Source: Candidatus Methylomirabilota bacterium
GTDB taxonomy: Bacteria > Acidobacteriota > Thermoanaerobaculia > Thermoanaerobaculales > Sulfomarinibacteraceae
Direction of reading: 5' to 3'
Assembly (NCBI GenBank): GCA_035464095.1
Contig: DATHSO010000198.1
Location: forward strand, 12,071-76,070
Length of the DNA stretch: 64,000 nt
The notes below the pieces were generated by a model. It ran no database searches. It was given only the letters and a program-made list of their open reading frames with translations, and had not been told where the DNA came from. The position numbers were made by a program, and so were the translations under genes. Positions 53,626-62,692 of the stretch are shown one piece after another (position 1 is the stretch's first letter; every line of letters begins with the position of its first letter).

Positions 53626-54816
53626 TCAGTGGACGCCTTTCCAGTCGGGATGCTCGTACATGATGGGCATCCGGTTCGCGATCCAGCGGAAGACCACGAC
53701 GGCGAAGGTGATGAACGCCACCGTCACCCAGATCTCCATCCAGCTCGGGACATAGCTCTGGCCGGCCGGCAGGTTCCAGTTGAACGCGACGAAGGTGATG
53801 TTGAAGCGGTTGAGCATGATGCCGATGACGGTGATGACCGCCGCCACCCGAGCCAGGGTCAGCCGGCGCTCCCGGTAGGCGACCGTGAACAGCAGGCAGG
53901 GCAGCAGCACGAAGCCGAGAAGCTCGACCAGGAACCAGGCGCCCCAGCCGGTGGCCAGCAGCTGCCACTCGTCCTCGGTGGCCAGGCCCACCATCTTGAT
54001 GGCGAAGTAGACGCCGAGGGTGACCGCAGCTCCCTTGGCGAGACCGAAGTTGATGGACGCGAAGCGGTCCTGGCTGATCTGGACCTGGTGGTGGAAGGCA
54101 CGGTGGGAGATCATCCCCTCGACGATCACCATGGCCAGCCCGGCCGCCACCGCCGACACGAAGAAGTGCACCGGAATGTGCGAGGAGTACCACAACGGGT
54201 GGAGCCTCGTGGGCGCAACCATGTACATCGCGCCGAGGGTGGACTGGTGCATGGTCGACAGGATCAGGCCCAGGATGGTGAGGGCGATGGTCATGCTGCC
54301 GACGAGCTTGCGCCACCACTTGAGGCCCAACCACTCGAAGACCGCCGGGGTCGATTCGATGAACAGCACGGTCAGGTACAAGGCGACGCACAGCGCGACC
54401 TCGAACAGAGGCGACGTCGGACCGGCCGACTTGATGAACGGGTACGGAAGCCGCCATGGCCGACCGAGGTCGGCGAGCAGTCCGAGCACGACCAGGAAGT
54501 AGCCCAGGAACCCGGTCAGCAGCGCTGCCCGGACGATGGGCTTGTACTCCTTCATGCCGAACAGGTAGACCGCGCTCGAGGTGACGAAGCCGCCGGCGGC
54601 CAGGGCGACGCCGCTCATGACATCGAAGCCGATCCACAGCCCCCAGGGATAGGTGTGACTGAGGTTGGTGGTCGCCGCCAGGCCCTGGGTGAAGCGAATC
54701 CCGAGGATCGCCGCTCCCCCGGCGAGGATGATGCCGGCGATCACGTTGAACGGGGTGAGGAGACCACTCCTGCCCCAGATGGTCGGCGAGGCGGCATCCA
54801 TGGTGACGTCGGTCAT
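53626..54816 (-). CDS. hmcC: HmcC-like NrfD/HybB-family membrane subunit
   Basis: 396 aa, about 10 TM helices. AAAGGAGG ribosome-binding site. The start overlaps the hmcB-like stop. Confidence 0.85.
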   Translation of the reverse strand: MTDVTMDAASPTIWGRSGLLTPFNVIAGIILAGGAAILGIRFTQGLAATTNLSHTYPWGLWIGFDVMSGVALAAGGFVTSSAVYLFGMKEYKPIVRAALLTGFLGYFLVVLGLLADLGRPWRLPYPFIKSAGPTSPLFEVALCVALYLTVLFIESTPAVFEWLGLKWWRKLVGSMTIALTILGLILSTMHQSTLGAMYMVAPTRLHPLWYSSHIPVHFFVSAVAAGLAMVIVEGMISHRAFHHQVQISQDRFASINFGLAKGAAVTLGVYFAIKMVGLATEDEWQLLATGWGAWFLVELLGFVLLPCLLFTVAYRERRLTLARVAAVITVIGIMLNRFNITFVAFNWNLPAGQSYVPSWMEIWVTVAFITFAVVVFRWIANRMPIMYEHPDWKGVH

Positions 54817-55850
54817 CACTCGCCTCCTTTCTGCGCCTCGGCAAGGGCCTTCTTCACCGCCATGTCGATGGCCTTCTGCTTGTCCTTGGCGGCGCGGTCG
54901 GCGGCCGAGGCGAGCTTTTGCTGCGTCACCTCCTCGGCTGCCGCCAGCGCCCGGGCCACCGACTCCTCGCGCTCGGCGGCCGACACCGCCTCGCGGCGCT
55001 TGCTGAAGGCGTACATCCCGAGCAGCAGTCCGGGGTAGATGGTGATCACGAGCGGCACGACCCCGAGGTACGAGGTGGCGATCGCCGGCAGCGGCTCCGT
55101 GGTGAGGCCCTCCTCGAGGTCGAGCTGCCCGAAGGGAACCCCCGACAGCACCAGCCAGCTGGTGCCGCCGAACTCGTGCTCGCCGAAGATGTGGTCGACG
55201 TAACGGTCGGGGAACTTGCGGATCCGCTCTCTGGCGACGCGGATCAGGTCCTCCCGCCGGCCGAAGGTGATGGCGCCCATGGGGCAGGCCTCGGCGCAGC
55301 CGGGCTGCTTGCCCTCCAGGATCCGGTCGTAGCACATGGTGCAGCGCATGACCTTCGGGGTCAGCGGGTCCTCGTACTCGTATGCCAGAGCGTAGTACGG
55401 GCACGCCATGACGCAGTAGCGGCACCCCATGCACAGCTCGGGGTGGTAGAGGACCGGACCCTCCGGGGTCTTCTCGAAGGCGTGGCAGGGGCACACGGTG
55501 GCGCAGCAGGGCTCGTTGCAGTGCATGCACTGGAGCTTGCGGTACACCGGGGCCCGGTCACCATCGGCCTCGAGGTACCGGTTGACCACGGTCAGCGAGG
55601 TGTCCGTCGTCCGGCGGACCGAGTCGAAGACTGCAGGATCGTCCAAGGGCTCGGCCACCGGAGGCAGCCCGTTGACCTCCTTGCAGGCGGCCTCGCACGA
55701 GCGGCAGCCGACGCACAGGGTGGTGTCGTGGAGCAGACCGTACCGTCCGGGGTGACCCTCGAAGTGCCTGACGGTGCCGGCTTCCGCTGTTGCAGCAGCG
55801 GCCGCGGACCCGAGGGCGCCGCCGATGAAGCCTCGACGCGTCAAGGTCAT
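54816..55850 (-). CDS. hmcB: HmcB-like Tat-exported poly-ferredoxin with C-terminal membrane anchor
   Basis: Tat motif TRRGFIGG. Cluster motifs CVGCRSCEAAC, CMHCNEPCCATVCP, CMGCRYCVMACP and CTMCYDRI...CAEACP, followed by one TM helix and a Lys/Ala-rich tail. Confidence 0.88.
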   Translation of the reverse strand: MTLTRRGFIGGALGSAAAAATAEAGTVRHFEGHPGRYGLLHDTTLCVGCRSCEAACKEVNGLPPVAEPLDDPAVFDSVRRTTDTSLTVVNRYLEADGDRAPVYRKLQCMHCNEPCCATVCPCHAFEKTPEGPVLYHPELCMGCRYCVMACPYYALAYEYEDPLTPKVMRCTMCYDRILEGKQPGCAEACPMGAITFGRREDLIRVARERIRKFPDRYVDHIFGEHEFGGTSWLVLSGVPFGQLDLEEGLTTEPLPAIATSYLGVVPLVITIYPGLLLGMYAFSKRREAVSAAEREESVARALAAAEEVTQQKLASAADRAAKDKQKAIDMAVKKALAEAQKGGE

Positions 55851-57358
55851 GAGATTTCCTCCTTCGCAGCATGGCAGTCGGTGCAGCCGGCTTTCAGACC
55901 CAGCCGTTGGTGGCAGCTGACGCACTGCCGGTGGTACGCGACCATCAGGGACGGTGCATCGCTGGTCGCCGCGGCCGTCGCGCCGTGGCACGACGCGCAG
56001 CGCGGCGGGCGCTCGCCCACCGGACTGTGGTGGTGGCAGCCCGCGCACATGGCCTCCGGCGAGCTGTGGAACCGTTTTGCCAACGGGTTGGTGCGGATGC
56101 CCTCGTCGAAGCGGCGGATGATCTTGAGGTGGGGAAAGCTCGATCCCTGGTAGGTGTCCGCGAGGACATCGATGGTGAGCACCTCGGGCAGATCGTCCGA
56201 TGCGCCGGGCAACGGCTCGAAGGTCACAGGCGGCAGCGCACCGTCGGTAGCGGGCGGCAGATCCTCGAGGCGGGGATCCGGCCCGTTGTGACAGATCGCA
56301 CAACCCCTGGCCTGCAGGCTCGCGACGGTGGTGTCGAGGTGGCACCCGGCGCAGTCGCCACGCTCCGCGGCAAGGCGGTGACACCCGGCGCAGCTCAGGG
56401 AGGACCTGCGATCGTGGTGGGCGTCCATGAGACTGACGCCTCCCCCGTCGGCGCCGGGCTGCGGGTTGTGGCAGTCGGCACAAGCCTTCAGGCGCTGGTG
56501 GTGGCAGCTCGAGCACGAGGAGGCCTGGCCCTCGTGGAGTGCGTGGTTGAAGGGCACCACCGGCAAGCGCGCGCCCGGCGACTTGACCCACGCGATGTCG
56601 GGTTGGCCGCGTTTGAGCCTGGGCACCTCGGCGAGCCTCTCGATGGCGGCGACCTGATCCGGGTCGTGACAGCCGTCGCAGCCTACCGGACCGGCCTTGA
56701 CGGAGCGCCCGGCGCGCTCGAGGTGGCAGGCCACGCAGTCCCGGTGGACGGCGTCCCGCAGCGATGGCGTGTCGCCGACGGCGATCTCGCCGTGGCAGTT
56801 CCGGCAGGCCTCCTCGGTGTCCTCGCGGTACACCAGCTTCTGGCTCGCCTCGTCCCACACGTGGTGGCAGGTCTCGCACTTGTCCGGGTAGGCGTTCATG
56901 TGGCGGGCGTGGAGCGACAGGTCGAAGGCCAAAGGGTGCCGGACCGAGACCCCGGGCGGCCGGCGCACGTGGCACTCGCCACAGGTGACGGGTCCGGAAG
57001 CCTGCTGCCCCGCGTCGAGGCGACGCTGGTGGCAGCCGATGCACGCGTCGTGGTAGGCGTCCGTCAACGCGTCGCGCCCGTCGGCGGCGGCGACCGCCGC
57101 GAGGCCGGGATGGAAGCCCTCGTCATCCACCCGGTGGCAGACTTCACAGCCCTCGACCACGAGCGCTTCCGTGTGGCGCGCGTGGTCGAACTCCACCACC
57201 GGCCGCTGCAGCTCCCCGCCGAACGGGAGCCGGCCGATCTCCACAACCGACGGCCCGGTCACTCTCAGCGCCGACCTGTCGGCAGCGCCGGACGGCACGG
57301 CCGCGACGACGATGACCGCCAGGACCAGACTCGAAACCAGGATCGTGTGTCGCGTCAT
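55847..57358 (-). CDS. hmcA: HmcA-like 16-heme high-molecular-weight cytochrome c
   Basis: 503 aa with a signal peptide. Sixteen CxxCH motifs counted by hand in the translation. Confidence 0.9.
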   Translation of the reverse strand: MTRHTILVSSLVLAVIVVAAVPSGAADRSALRVTGPSVVEIGRLPFGGELQRPVVEFDHARHTEALVVEGCEVCHRVDDEGFHPGLAAVAAADGRDALTDAYHDACIGCHQRRLDAGQQASGPVTCGECHVRRPPGVSVRHPLAFDLSLHARHMNAYPDKCETCHHVWDEASQKLVYREDTEEACRNCHGEIAVGDTPSLRDAVHRDCVACHLERAGRSVKAGPVGCDGCHDPDQVAAIERLAEVPRLKRGQPDIAWVKSPGARLPVVPFNHALHEGQASSCSSCHHQRLKACADCHNPQPGADGGGVSLMDAHHDRRSSLSCAGCHRLAAERGDCAGCHLDTTVASLQARGCAICHNGPDPRLEDLPPATDGALPPVTFEPLPGASDDLPEVLTIDVLADTYQGSSFPHLKIIRRFDEGIRTNPLAKRFHSSPEAMCAGCHHHSPVGERPPRCASCHGATAAATSDAPSLMVAYHRQCVSCHQRLGLKAGCTDCHAAKEEIS

Positions 57359-57372
57359 GGTTGTCCAACCCC

Positions 57373-58692
57373 TCATGCTTCGGGCATCTCGATGGTCTTG
57401 ACCAGCAGCTCGCTGATGAACGACACGTGGCAGCCAAGCTTGTAGAAGCCGATGATGTCCTCGATCCCGGAGTGGCAGTTGTGGCACGGGGTGATCACCA
57501 GGTGGGCGCCGGTGTCGTGGATCTGCTCGGCCTTGATGCGGTTGCTCTTCATGCGCGAGCGCTTCCACGGCGGCCCGCAGTTGATCAGCCCGCCGCCCGC
57601 CTGGCAGCAGTAGTTGTGCTCGTCGTGGGGCTCCATGTCGCGGAAGTCGGAGCAGATCGCGTTGACCACGTAGCGGAGCTTGTCGTGGAGGCCGCGGCCG
57701 CGGACGATGTTGCACGGGTCCTGCACCGTGACCGGCTCCTCGATCTTGCGGGCGATCTTGAGCCGGCCGCTCTTGATGATCTCGTAGTAGTACTCCACTG
57801 CGTGGACCATCGGGATCGGCGGTTTCGTCCAGCCGAGCCAGCGCGGCCCGTCGTAGACCGCGCCCCGGTAGGCGTGGCCGCACTCGCCCATGACCACCCG
57901 CTTGACTCGCAGCTCGGCCGCCCGCTCCCAGTGCAGGCGCTCGACCCGGCCCATGGTCTCGAAGTCGCCCGAGTACATGGCCATGTTGGAGTTGTCCCAG
58001 CCGTCGGTGGACGGCATGGTCCAGTCGGCGCCCACGACCTTGAAGATGATCGCCATGTTGGCGATCAGCTGGGCGAGGATCTTGGGCTCCGGCCCGATCA
58101 CCGAGTACATGATGTCGGCCCCCTCCCTGTCGAGGGGAATCCGGGTCCCGGCGAGCTCGGCCCGGGCGTCCTCCTCCTGCCACATGAGGGTGTCGATCCA
58201 GTCGTCCTGCTGGACCCACATCTGGTTCATGGTGGCGGCGTGGCTGTTGGTGGTGTCCTGGAGGTACTGGGGCACCACCCCGAGCAGGTTGAGAATCCTG
58301 CGCACCGTCATGATCATGTACGAGATGTCGATGCCGAAGGGGCAGTACATGCTGCACCGGCGGCACGCCCCGCACTCGAGGAAGGCGATCCGGGCCGCGT
58401 TGTGGAGGAACTCGCCGTCCACCTTGCCCTCTCGCCTCACCATCTCCCACAGGGTGTCCTTGACCTTGGCCACCGGCGCGAAATCGGGGTCCTTGTCGCG
58501 CGAGATGTAGCTCTGACAGGACTCGGCGCACAGGCCGCAGTGGACGCAGGTGTCGAGGTACACCTGGAGCCGGGCCGCCGCCTCCTCGGTCAGCACGCGG
58601 TTGATGGTCCGCTCGATCCGCTCCGGCGTCAGCTTGGCGATGTTGTCGTCGACCCCGGGGTCGATGACCTTCATGTCCTCGAGATCAGCCAT
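57373..58692 (-). CDS. hmcF: HmcF-like HdrD-type cytoplasmic Fe-S (CCG-domain) protein
   Basis: 439 aa from ATG 58692 with CVHCGLCAESC and CGACRRCSMYCP plus CCG motifs (VQDPCN, YCCQAGGG, ITPCHNCH). Confidence 0.88.
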   Translation of the reverse strand: MADLEDMKVIDPGVDDNIAKLTPERIERTINRVLTEEAAARLQVYLDTCVHCGLCAESCQSYISRDKDPDFAPVAKVKDTLWEMVRREGKVDGEFLHNAARIAFLECGACRRCSMYCPFGIDISYMIMTVRRILNLLGVVPQYLQDTTNSHAATMNQMWVQQDDWIDTLMWQEEDARAELAGTRIPLDREGADIMYSVIGPEPKILAQLIANMAIIFKVVGADWTMPSTDGWDNSNMAMYSGDFETMGRVERLHWERAAELRVKRVVMGECGHAYRGAVYDGPRWLGWTKPPIPMVHAVEYYYEIIKSGRLKIARKIEEPVTVQDPCNIVRGRGLHDKLRYVVNAICSDFRDMEPHDEHNYCCQAGGGLINCGPPWKRSRMKSNRIKAEQIHDTGAHLVITPCHNCHSGIEDIIGFYKLGCHVSFISELLVKTIEMPEA

Positions 58693-58734
58693 GGTGTGTG
58701 TCCCCCGTCGCGTGCAGCTCACTGAGTCGTTGCA

Positions 58735-59382
58735 TCACCAGTCCCTGGAGTGGCGGACTGCGCCGAACTCGCTGCCCATGTAGGCCCGCGTGAAGGGAAA
58801 CCAGAGCATGTGGACGAGACGGGTCCACGGGATGGCGAGCAGCCAGAGGGCGCCGGTGAAGGCGTGGATGATGATCATGGTGCGGTAGGGCAGCCACTGC
58901 TGGGCGGCGATGAAGCCGGTCGCGAAGGGAGCGGCCACGAGCAGCGCGATCACGAAGTCGGACGGGTAGCTGACGTTCCGGACCTCGGGTTTGACGAGCC
59001 GCCGCACCATGAAGAACACGGCCCCGAAGATGACGATCAGGGTCATGACGTCGGCGACCCCGTCGGGCAGGCTCCACCACCGGACGCCCCAGGCCTGCTG
59101 GAACAGGACCGTGTGACCCATCACGAACAGCGGGGTGACGATCAGGCAGACGTGGAAGGCGAAGGACACCAGGGTGAAGAGCGGACGCTTCCGGGTGCTC
59201 GCCCCGCCGAAGGGGAGCACCCAGTGCGCCAGCGACCGTAGGCCGTACTTGGCGCTCAGGGTCGGGATCACAACCCGCTCCCGCTTGGCGAGCTTCGCCA
59301 TGGTCACGAATCGGTAGAGCAGACCGCCGAAGAAGCCGACGAAGGCGATCCAGACCAGCGGGCCGCTGACGAACTCCACCAT
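58735..59382 (-). CDS. hmcE: HmcE-like NarI/HdrE-type b-cytochrome membrane subunit
   Basis: 215 aa with 5 TM helices and conserved His residues (AHWVLP, FHVCL, IIHAF, VHML). GGAGG ribosome-binding site. Confidence 0.82.
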   Translation of the reverse strand: MVEFVSGPLVWIAFVGFFGGLLYRFVTMAKLAKRERVVIPTLSAKYGLRSLAHWVLPFGGASTRKRPLFTLVSFAFHVCLIVTPLFVMGHTVLFQQAWGVRWWSLPDGVADVMTLIVIFGAVFFMVRRLVKPEVRNVSYPSDFVIALLVAAPFATGFIAAQQWLPYRTMIIIHAFTGALWLLAIPWTRLVHMLWFPFTRAYMGSEFGAVRHSRDW

Positions 59383-59396
59383 GTTTCCTCCCCCGG

Positions 59397-60665
59397 TCAC
59401 TTCGAGAACCCGCGGGCCGTGTCGACCACCTGGCGGATGAAGGTGTCGTCCTCGACGGCGCGGACCAACATCCGCGAGCCGTCGGGGCTGAAGATGGGAT
59501 CCCACAGCCTGTCGAACCAAGGGCTCCACGGGCGGCCGTCGACGGCGATGGCGAAGCGCCCGTCCCGCTCGACCTTGGCCGCCAGCCGCCCGCCGTCGGG
59601 CGAGAAGACCGGATCCCAGACCATGTCGTAGTCCTCCGGCCACGGCCGGTCGTCGACGGCGATGCCCCACCGGTCATGGTCCCGCACCGCGACCGCCACC
59701 CGGTCACCGCCGGGGCCGAAGACCGGCTCCCGCACCATATCGTCGAACGAGGACCGCCACGGCCGGTCGTCGACGACCACCGTCCAGCGCCCGAAGTCAC
59801 GGGCCGCCACGGCGGCGATCCGCGAGCCGTCGTCGCTCAGACGCTGATTCCACAGCTGCATGAAACGGCTCGTCCAGATCGGGTCGCCGTTTTCGGCGAT
59901 GGTCCACGACCCGGCCAGCCGAACCGGCGCCAGCAGGCGGCTGCTGCCGTTACGGTAGGCGGGCTCCCACACGCAGCCGAAGCGCTGCTCCCAGGGCACC
60001 CCGTTCTCGGCCAGGGTGTACTCGCAGATGTCGAGACGGACCTCGGCGGCGACCCGGCCACCGTCCTCGCTGATGGTCGGGGCATAGGCGTTGACGAAGG
60101 TCCGGTCCCAGGGTTCGCCGTTGACGGCCACGCTCCAGGTCCCGTTCATGAAGCCGGAGATGTCGGCCTCGGCCAGGGGCACCACCTGCACCACCGCGGC
60201 CACGTCGCGGCCGTCGGGGCTCACCGCCAATCCGCGCGACGAGTGGAAGCGCCGCTCCCAGGCCTCGCCGTCGACGGCGACGGTGTACTCCATGTTGTCC
60301 TTGATCTGGACCGCGATGACCCTGCCGTCGCGGCTGAACCGAGGGTTCCAGGCGAACTCCCACCGGTTCTCCCAGGGCTCGCCCTCCACCGCCACCGTCC
60401 ACTCGTCGTCGATCCGCACCAGGGCCGTCAGTCGGCCGTCCGGGGTGAAGGCCAGGTGCCACGCCTTTTCGAACTCGCCCTCCCAGCGCTCGCCGTTGAC
60501 CGCCACCGAGAAGGTGTCCGGCTCGGTGAGCACCGGTGCGGCGAGGCGCTCGCCGTCGGGGCTCACCGACCACTCGTGGACCTCCTCGAAACGGTCGCGA
60601 AACGATCGGAGATCGCAGACCGATCGTCTGCCGGTGCTCCAATCCCACGTCTCGATGTCGACCAT
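59397..60665 (-). CDS. Tryptophan-rich repeat protein (TmcD-like), about 10 tandem units of about 38 aa
   Basis: 422 aa from ATG 60665 (AAGGGAG ribosome-binding site). The repeat consensus is F-x3-W-x-P-x-FSPDG-x-R-x-A-x-V-x3-D-x-W-T-V-A-V-D-G-x-P-W. About 25 Trp counted by hand. Confidence 0.8.
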   Translation of the reverse strand: MVDIETWDWSTGRRSVCDLRSFRDRFEEVHEWSVSPDGERLAAPVLTEPDTFSVAVNGERWEGEFEKAWHLAFTPDGRLTALVRIDDEWTVAVEGEPWENRWEFAWNPRFSRDGRVIAVQIKDNMEYTVAVDGEAWERRFHSSRGLAVSPDGRDVAAVVQVVPLAEADISGFMNGTWSVAVNGEPWDRTFVNAYAPTISEDGGRVAAEVRLDICEYTLAENGVPWEQRFGCVWEPAYRNGSSRLLAPVRLAGSWTIAENGDPIWTSRFMQLWNQRLSDDGSRIAAVAARDFGRWTVVVDDRPWRSSFDDMVREPVFGPGGDRVAVAVRDHDRWGIAVDDRPWPEDYDMVWDPVFSPDGGRLAAKVERDGRFAIAVDGRPWSPWFDRLWDPIFSPDGSRMLVRAVEDDTFIRQVVDTARGFSK

Positions 60666-60990
60666 GGAACGGCTCCCTTCGTTGCCCGCCGCGAGCCCCG
60701 TTGCGGGACGTCGTGCGCTGGCAGCCTTCAGAGCAACGGTCATGCCACGGTCGGCGCGAGCCGCCAGGTTCTTGCTAAGGCGTGTGTTTCATGTATGATA
60801 GGCCGCCGAGGCCGAAGCGGGGGGCGCTCCAGACCACAGCAAAATGCAACTCTAGGCCCGTGCGGGTGCTCGCATTCTGCTATGGTCGATCGACACTCTC
60901 CGGACGAGTGCGTGCACGACTGCGCGGCGAGCGCGACGCTCCGATCGGCGGACGCAGATCGCAGCGGCCTCGAACACGGCGAGAATCGCG

Positions 60991-61024
60991 GAAATCAAAG
61001 GGCGGCCCCCGATCGGGGGCCGCC
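60991..61024 (-). terminator. Rho-independent terminator after the third HdrD-like gene
   Basis: Perfect 24-nt palindrome GGCGGCCCCCGATCGGGGGCCGCC (61001-61024), followed on the minus strand by CTTTGATTTCC. Confidence 0.65.
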
Positions 61025-61087
61025 GATGCGTACACTCGCGATCTGCAATACTGGGGTTTTGCGGCCGGGCGCTGGCGCCCGCAGCTC

Positions 61088-62692
61088 CTAGTGCCACTCC
61101 CAGTCGATGAAGCCGGGCTGGGCGTCGACCATGGCGTTGACGATGAGCTCGACGAGACCGCCGTAGTAGATGCCGGCCTTCTCCCAGGCATCGTAGTAGT
61201 TGATGATGTCCCGGATCTGCCCTTTGCAGTTGGAGCATGGGGCACAGACGTACTTGGGGTGCTCCTTGTCCATGGGTTCGTCCTGGAAGGCCTCGAGGAT
61301 CTGCCGGAACTTCCGGCGGCCGGTCATGCGGTGGCGCCAGTCCTGGAAGTTGTGGCCCGACATGATGGCGAAGCCGGAGCCGCCGCCGCAGCAGTAGTTC
61401 TCGACGCCGTGGGGCGCCATCTCGCGGAAGCGGCCGGGGGGCAGGACGGCCTCGAGGATCTCGCGCTGGGGGGTCACGACGCCCATCAGCCGCACCAGGT
61501 TGCAGGGGTCGTGGAGGGTCACCGGAAAGTCGTTGCGACTCGGGTCGAGCTTGAGCTTGCCCGAGCGGACGATGTCGCGCAGGGTGACCATGGAGCTCTC
61601 GCGCGGGATGTTGAGGTCGCCGGTGAGGACCTTGTCGGCGATGACGGTGAGGGCCTTGTGGGCGTGGCCGCACTCGCCGAGGACGATCTTCTTGACCCCG
61701 AGCTTCTTGGCGATCATGGCGTGACGGACCGCGACCCGCGCGAACTGGACGTCGTCGTACCAGACCCCGTAGTTGATCCCGTCGTAGCCGATGGCGTCGG
61801 ACGACAGCGTCCAGCTGAGCCCCGCCGCCTCGAAGACCGTCGCGAAGGCGCCGGGGTTCTCGGGCCAGGCCATGATCTCGCCGGCGTTGTGGATGAGCAG
61901 GATGTCCGCCCCCTCGACGTCGAACGGGGTCTCGATGGGGATGCCGGTGCGCTCGGCGGTGTCCTCGTCGATGAACTCGATGTTGTCCTTGACGATCATC
62001 GGCGTCATGCCGGTGGACGAGCCGACCGCGAGCTGGAGGACCGAGCCGTCCTTGTGGATCTCGCGCGGCACGATGCCCATCTCCATACTGGCGATCTTCC
62101 GGATCTCCCGCGACAGCAGCGCGTTGTCGGCGCCGATCGGACAGGTCTGGGCGCAGCGGCGGCACAGGTTGCAGCGGTAGCTGAGCTCGATGAGCCGGGC
62201 CACCGTCTCCCAGTTGAGGTCGATGTCACCGTGGACCGCCGGCGACGCCTTCTTGACGTACTTGAAGTAGATGCGGCGCAGGATCTCGGAGCGGTAGATC
62301 GGGCGGTAGAGCTCGTTCTCGCCGCTCTCTTGGAAGATCGGGCAGGCGTCGGAGCAGGTCTGGCAGCGGGCGCAGTGCTCCATGGACATCTCGAAGGGCT
62401 GGAGGAAGGTCCAGTTGTCGTCGACGCTGAACAGCTTCTCGAGGCCGCTCAGGAAGCCGTTGACGAGGCGCTCCTCGTCCTCCCTGGTCTTGGGCTTCTC
62501 GATATTGACCGCGATGGTGTCGTCGAGCACCACGTACTTCTCGCGCGCTTCCGCGGAGAGCTGGCCGAACTCGGGCTCCTCGTCGAGCTTGTCGAAGGGC
62601 GGCGGCAGCGGGATCTGCTCGAACTGGTTGATCTGGGCGAGGGGCTCGCCCCGGTGCTTCCCGAGGTCTTTGACGCTGTCAGGCTGTTTCAT
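61088..62692 (-). CDS. HdrD/DsrK/TmcB-like cytoplasmic Fe-S (CCG-domain) oxidoreductase
   Basis: 534 aa with CARCQTCSDACP and CNLCRRCAQTCP plus CCG motifs (LHDPCN, YCCGGGSG, CAPCSNCKGQ). The ATG overlaps the upstream stop (ATGA). Confidence 0.88.
   Translation of the reverse strand: MKQPDSVKDLGKHRGEPLAQINQFEQIPLPPPFDKLDEEPEFGQLSAEAREKYVVLDDTIAVNIEKPKTREDEERLVNGFLSGLEKLFSVDDNWTFLQPFEMSMEHCARCQTCSDACPIFQESGENELYRPIYRSEILRRIYFKYVKKASPAVHGDIDLNWETVARLIELSYRCNLCRRCAQTCPIGADNALLSREIRKIASMEMGIVPREIHKDGSVLQLAVGSSTGMTPMIVKDNIEFIDEDTAERTGIPIETPFDVEGADILLIHNAGEIMAWPENPGAFATVFEAAGLSWTLSSDAIGYDGINYGVWYDDVQFARVAVRHAMIAKKLGVKKIVLGECGHAHKALTVIADKVLTGDLNIPRESSMVTLRDIVRSGKLKLDPSRNDFPVTLHDPCNLVRLMGVVTPQREILEAVLPPGRFREMAPHGVENYCCGGGSGFAIMSGHNFQDWRHRMTGRRKFRQILEAFQDEPMDKEHPKYVCAPCSNCKGQIRDIINYYDAWEKAGIYYGGLVELIVNAMVDAQPGFIDWEWH

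Noticed and set aside
60845-60860. Fourth sigma-54 promoter upstream of the Trp-rich/hmc unit (minus strand CGGGCCTAGAGTTGCA).
   Set aside because: The GG and TTGCA spacing is correct, but the -24 element (GGGCC) departs from GGCAC. I kept it only as a weak candidate mentioned under the 63821 finding, not as a feature.
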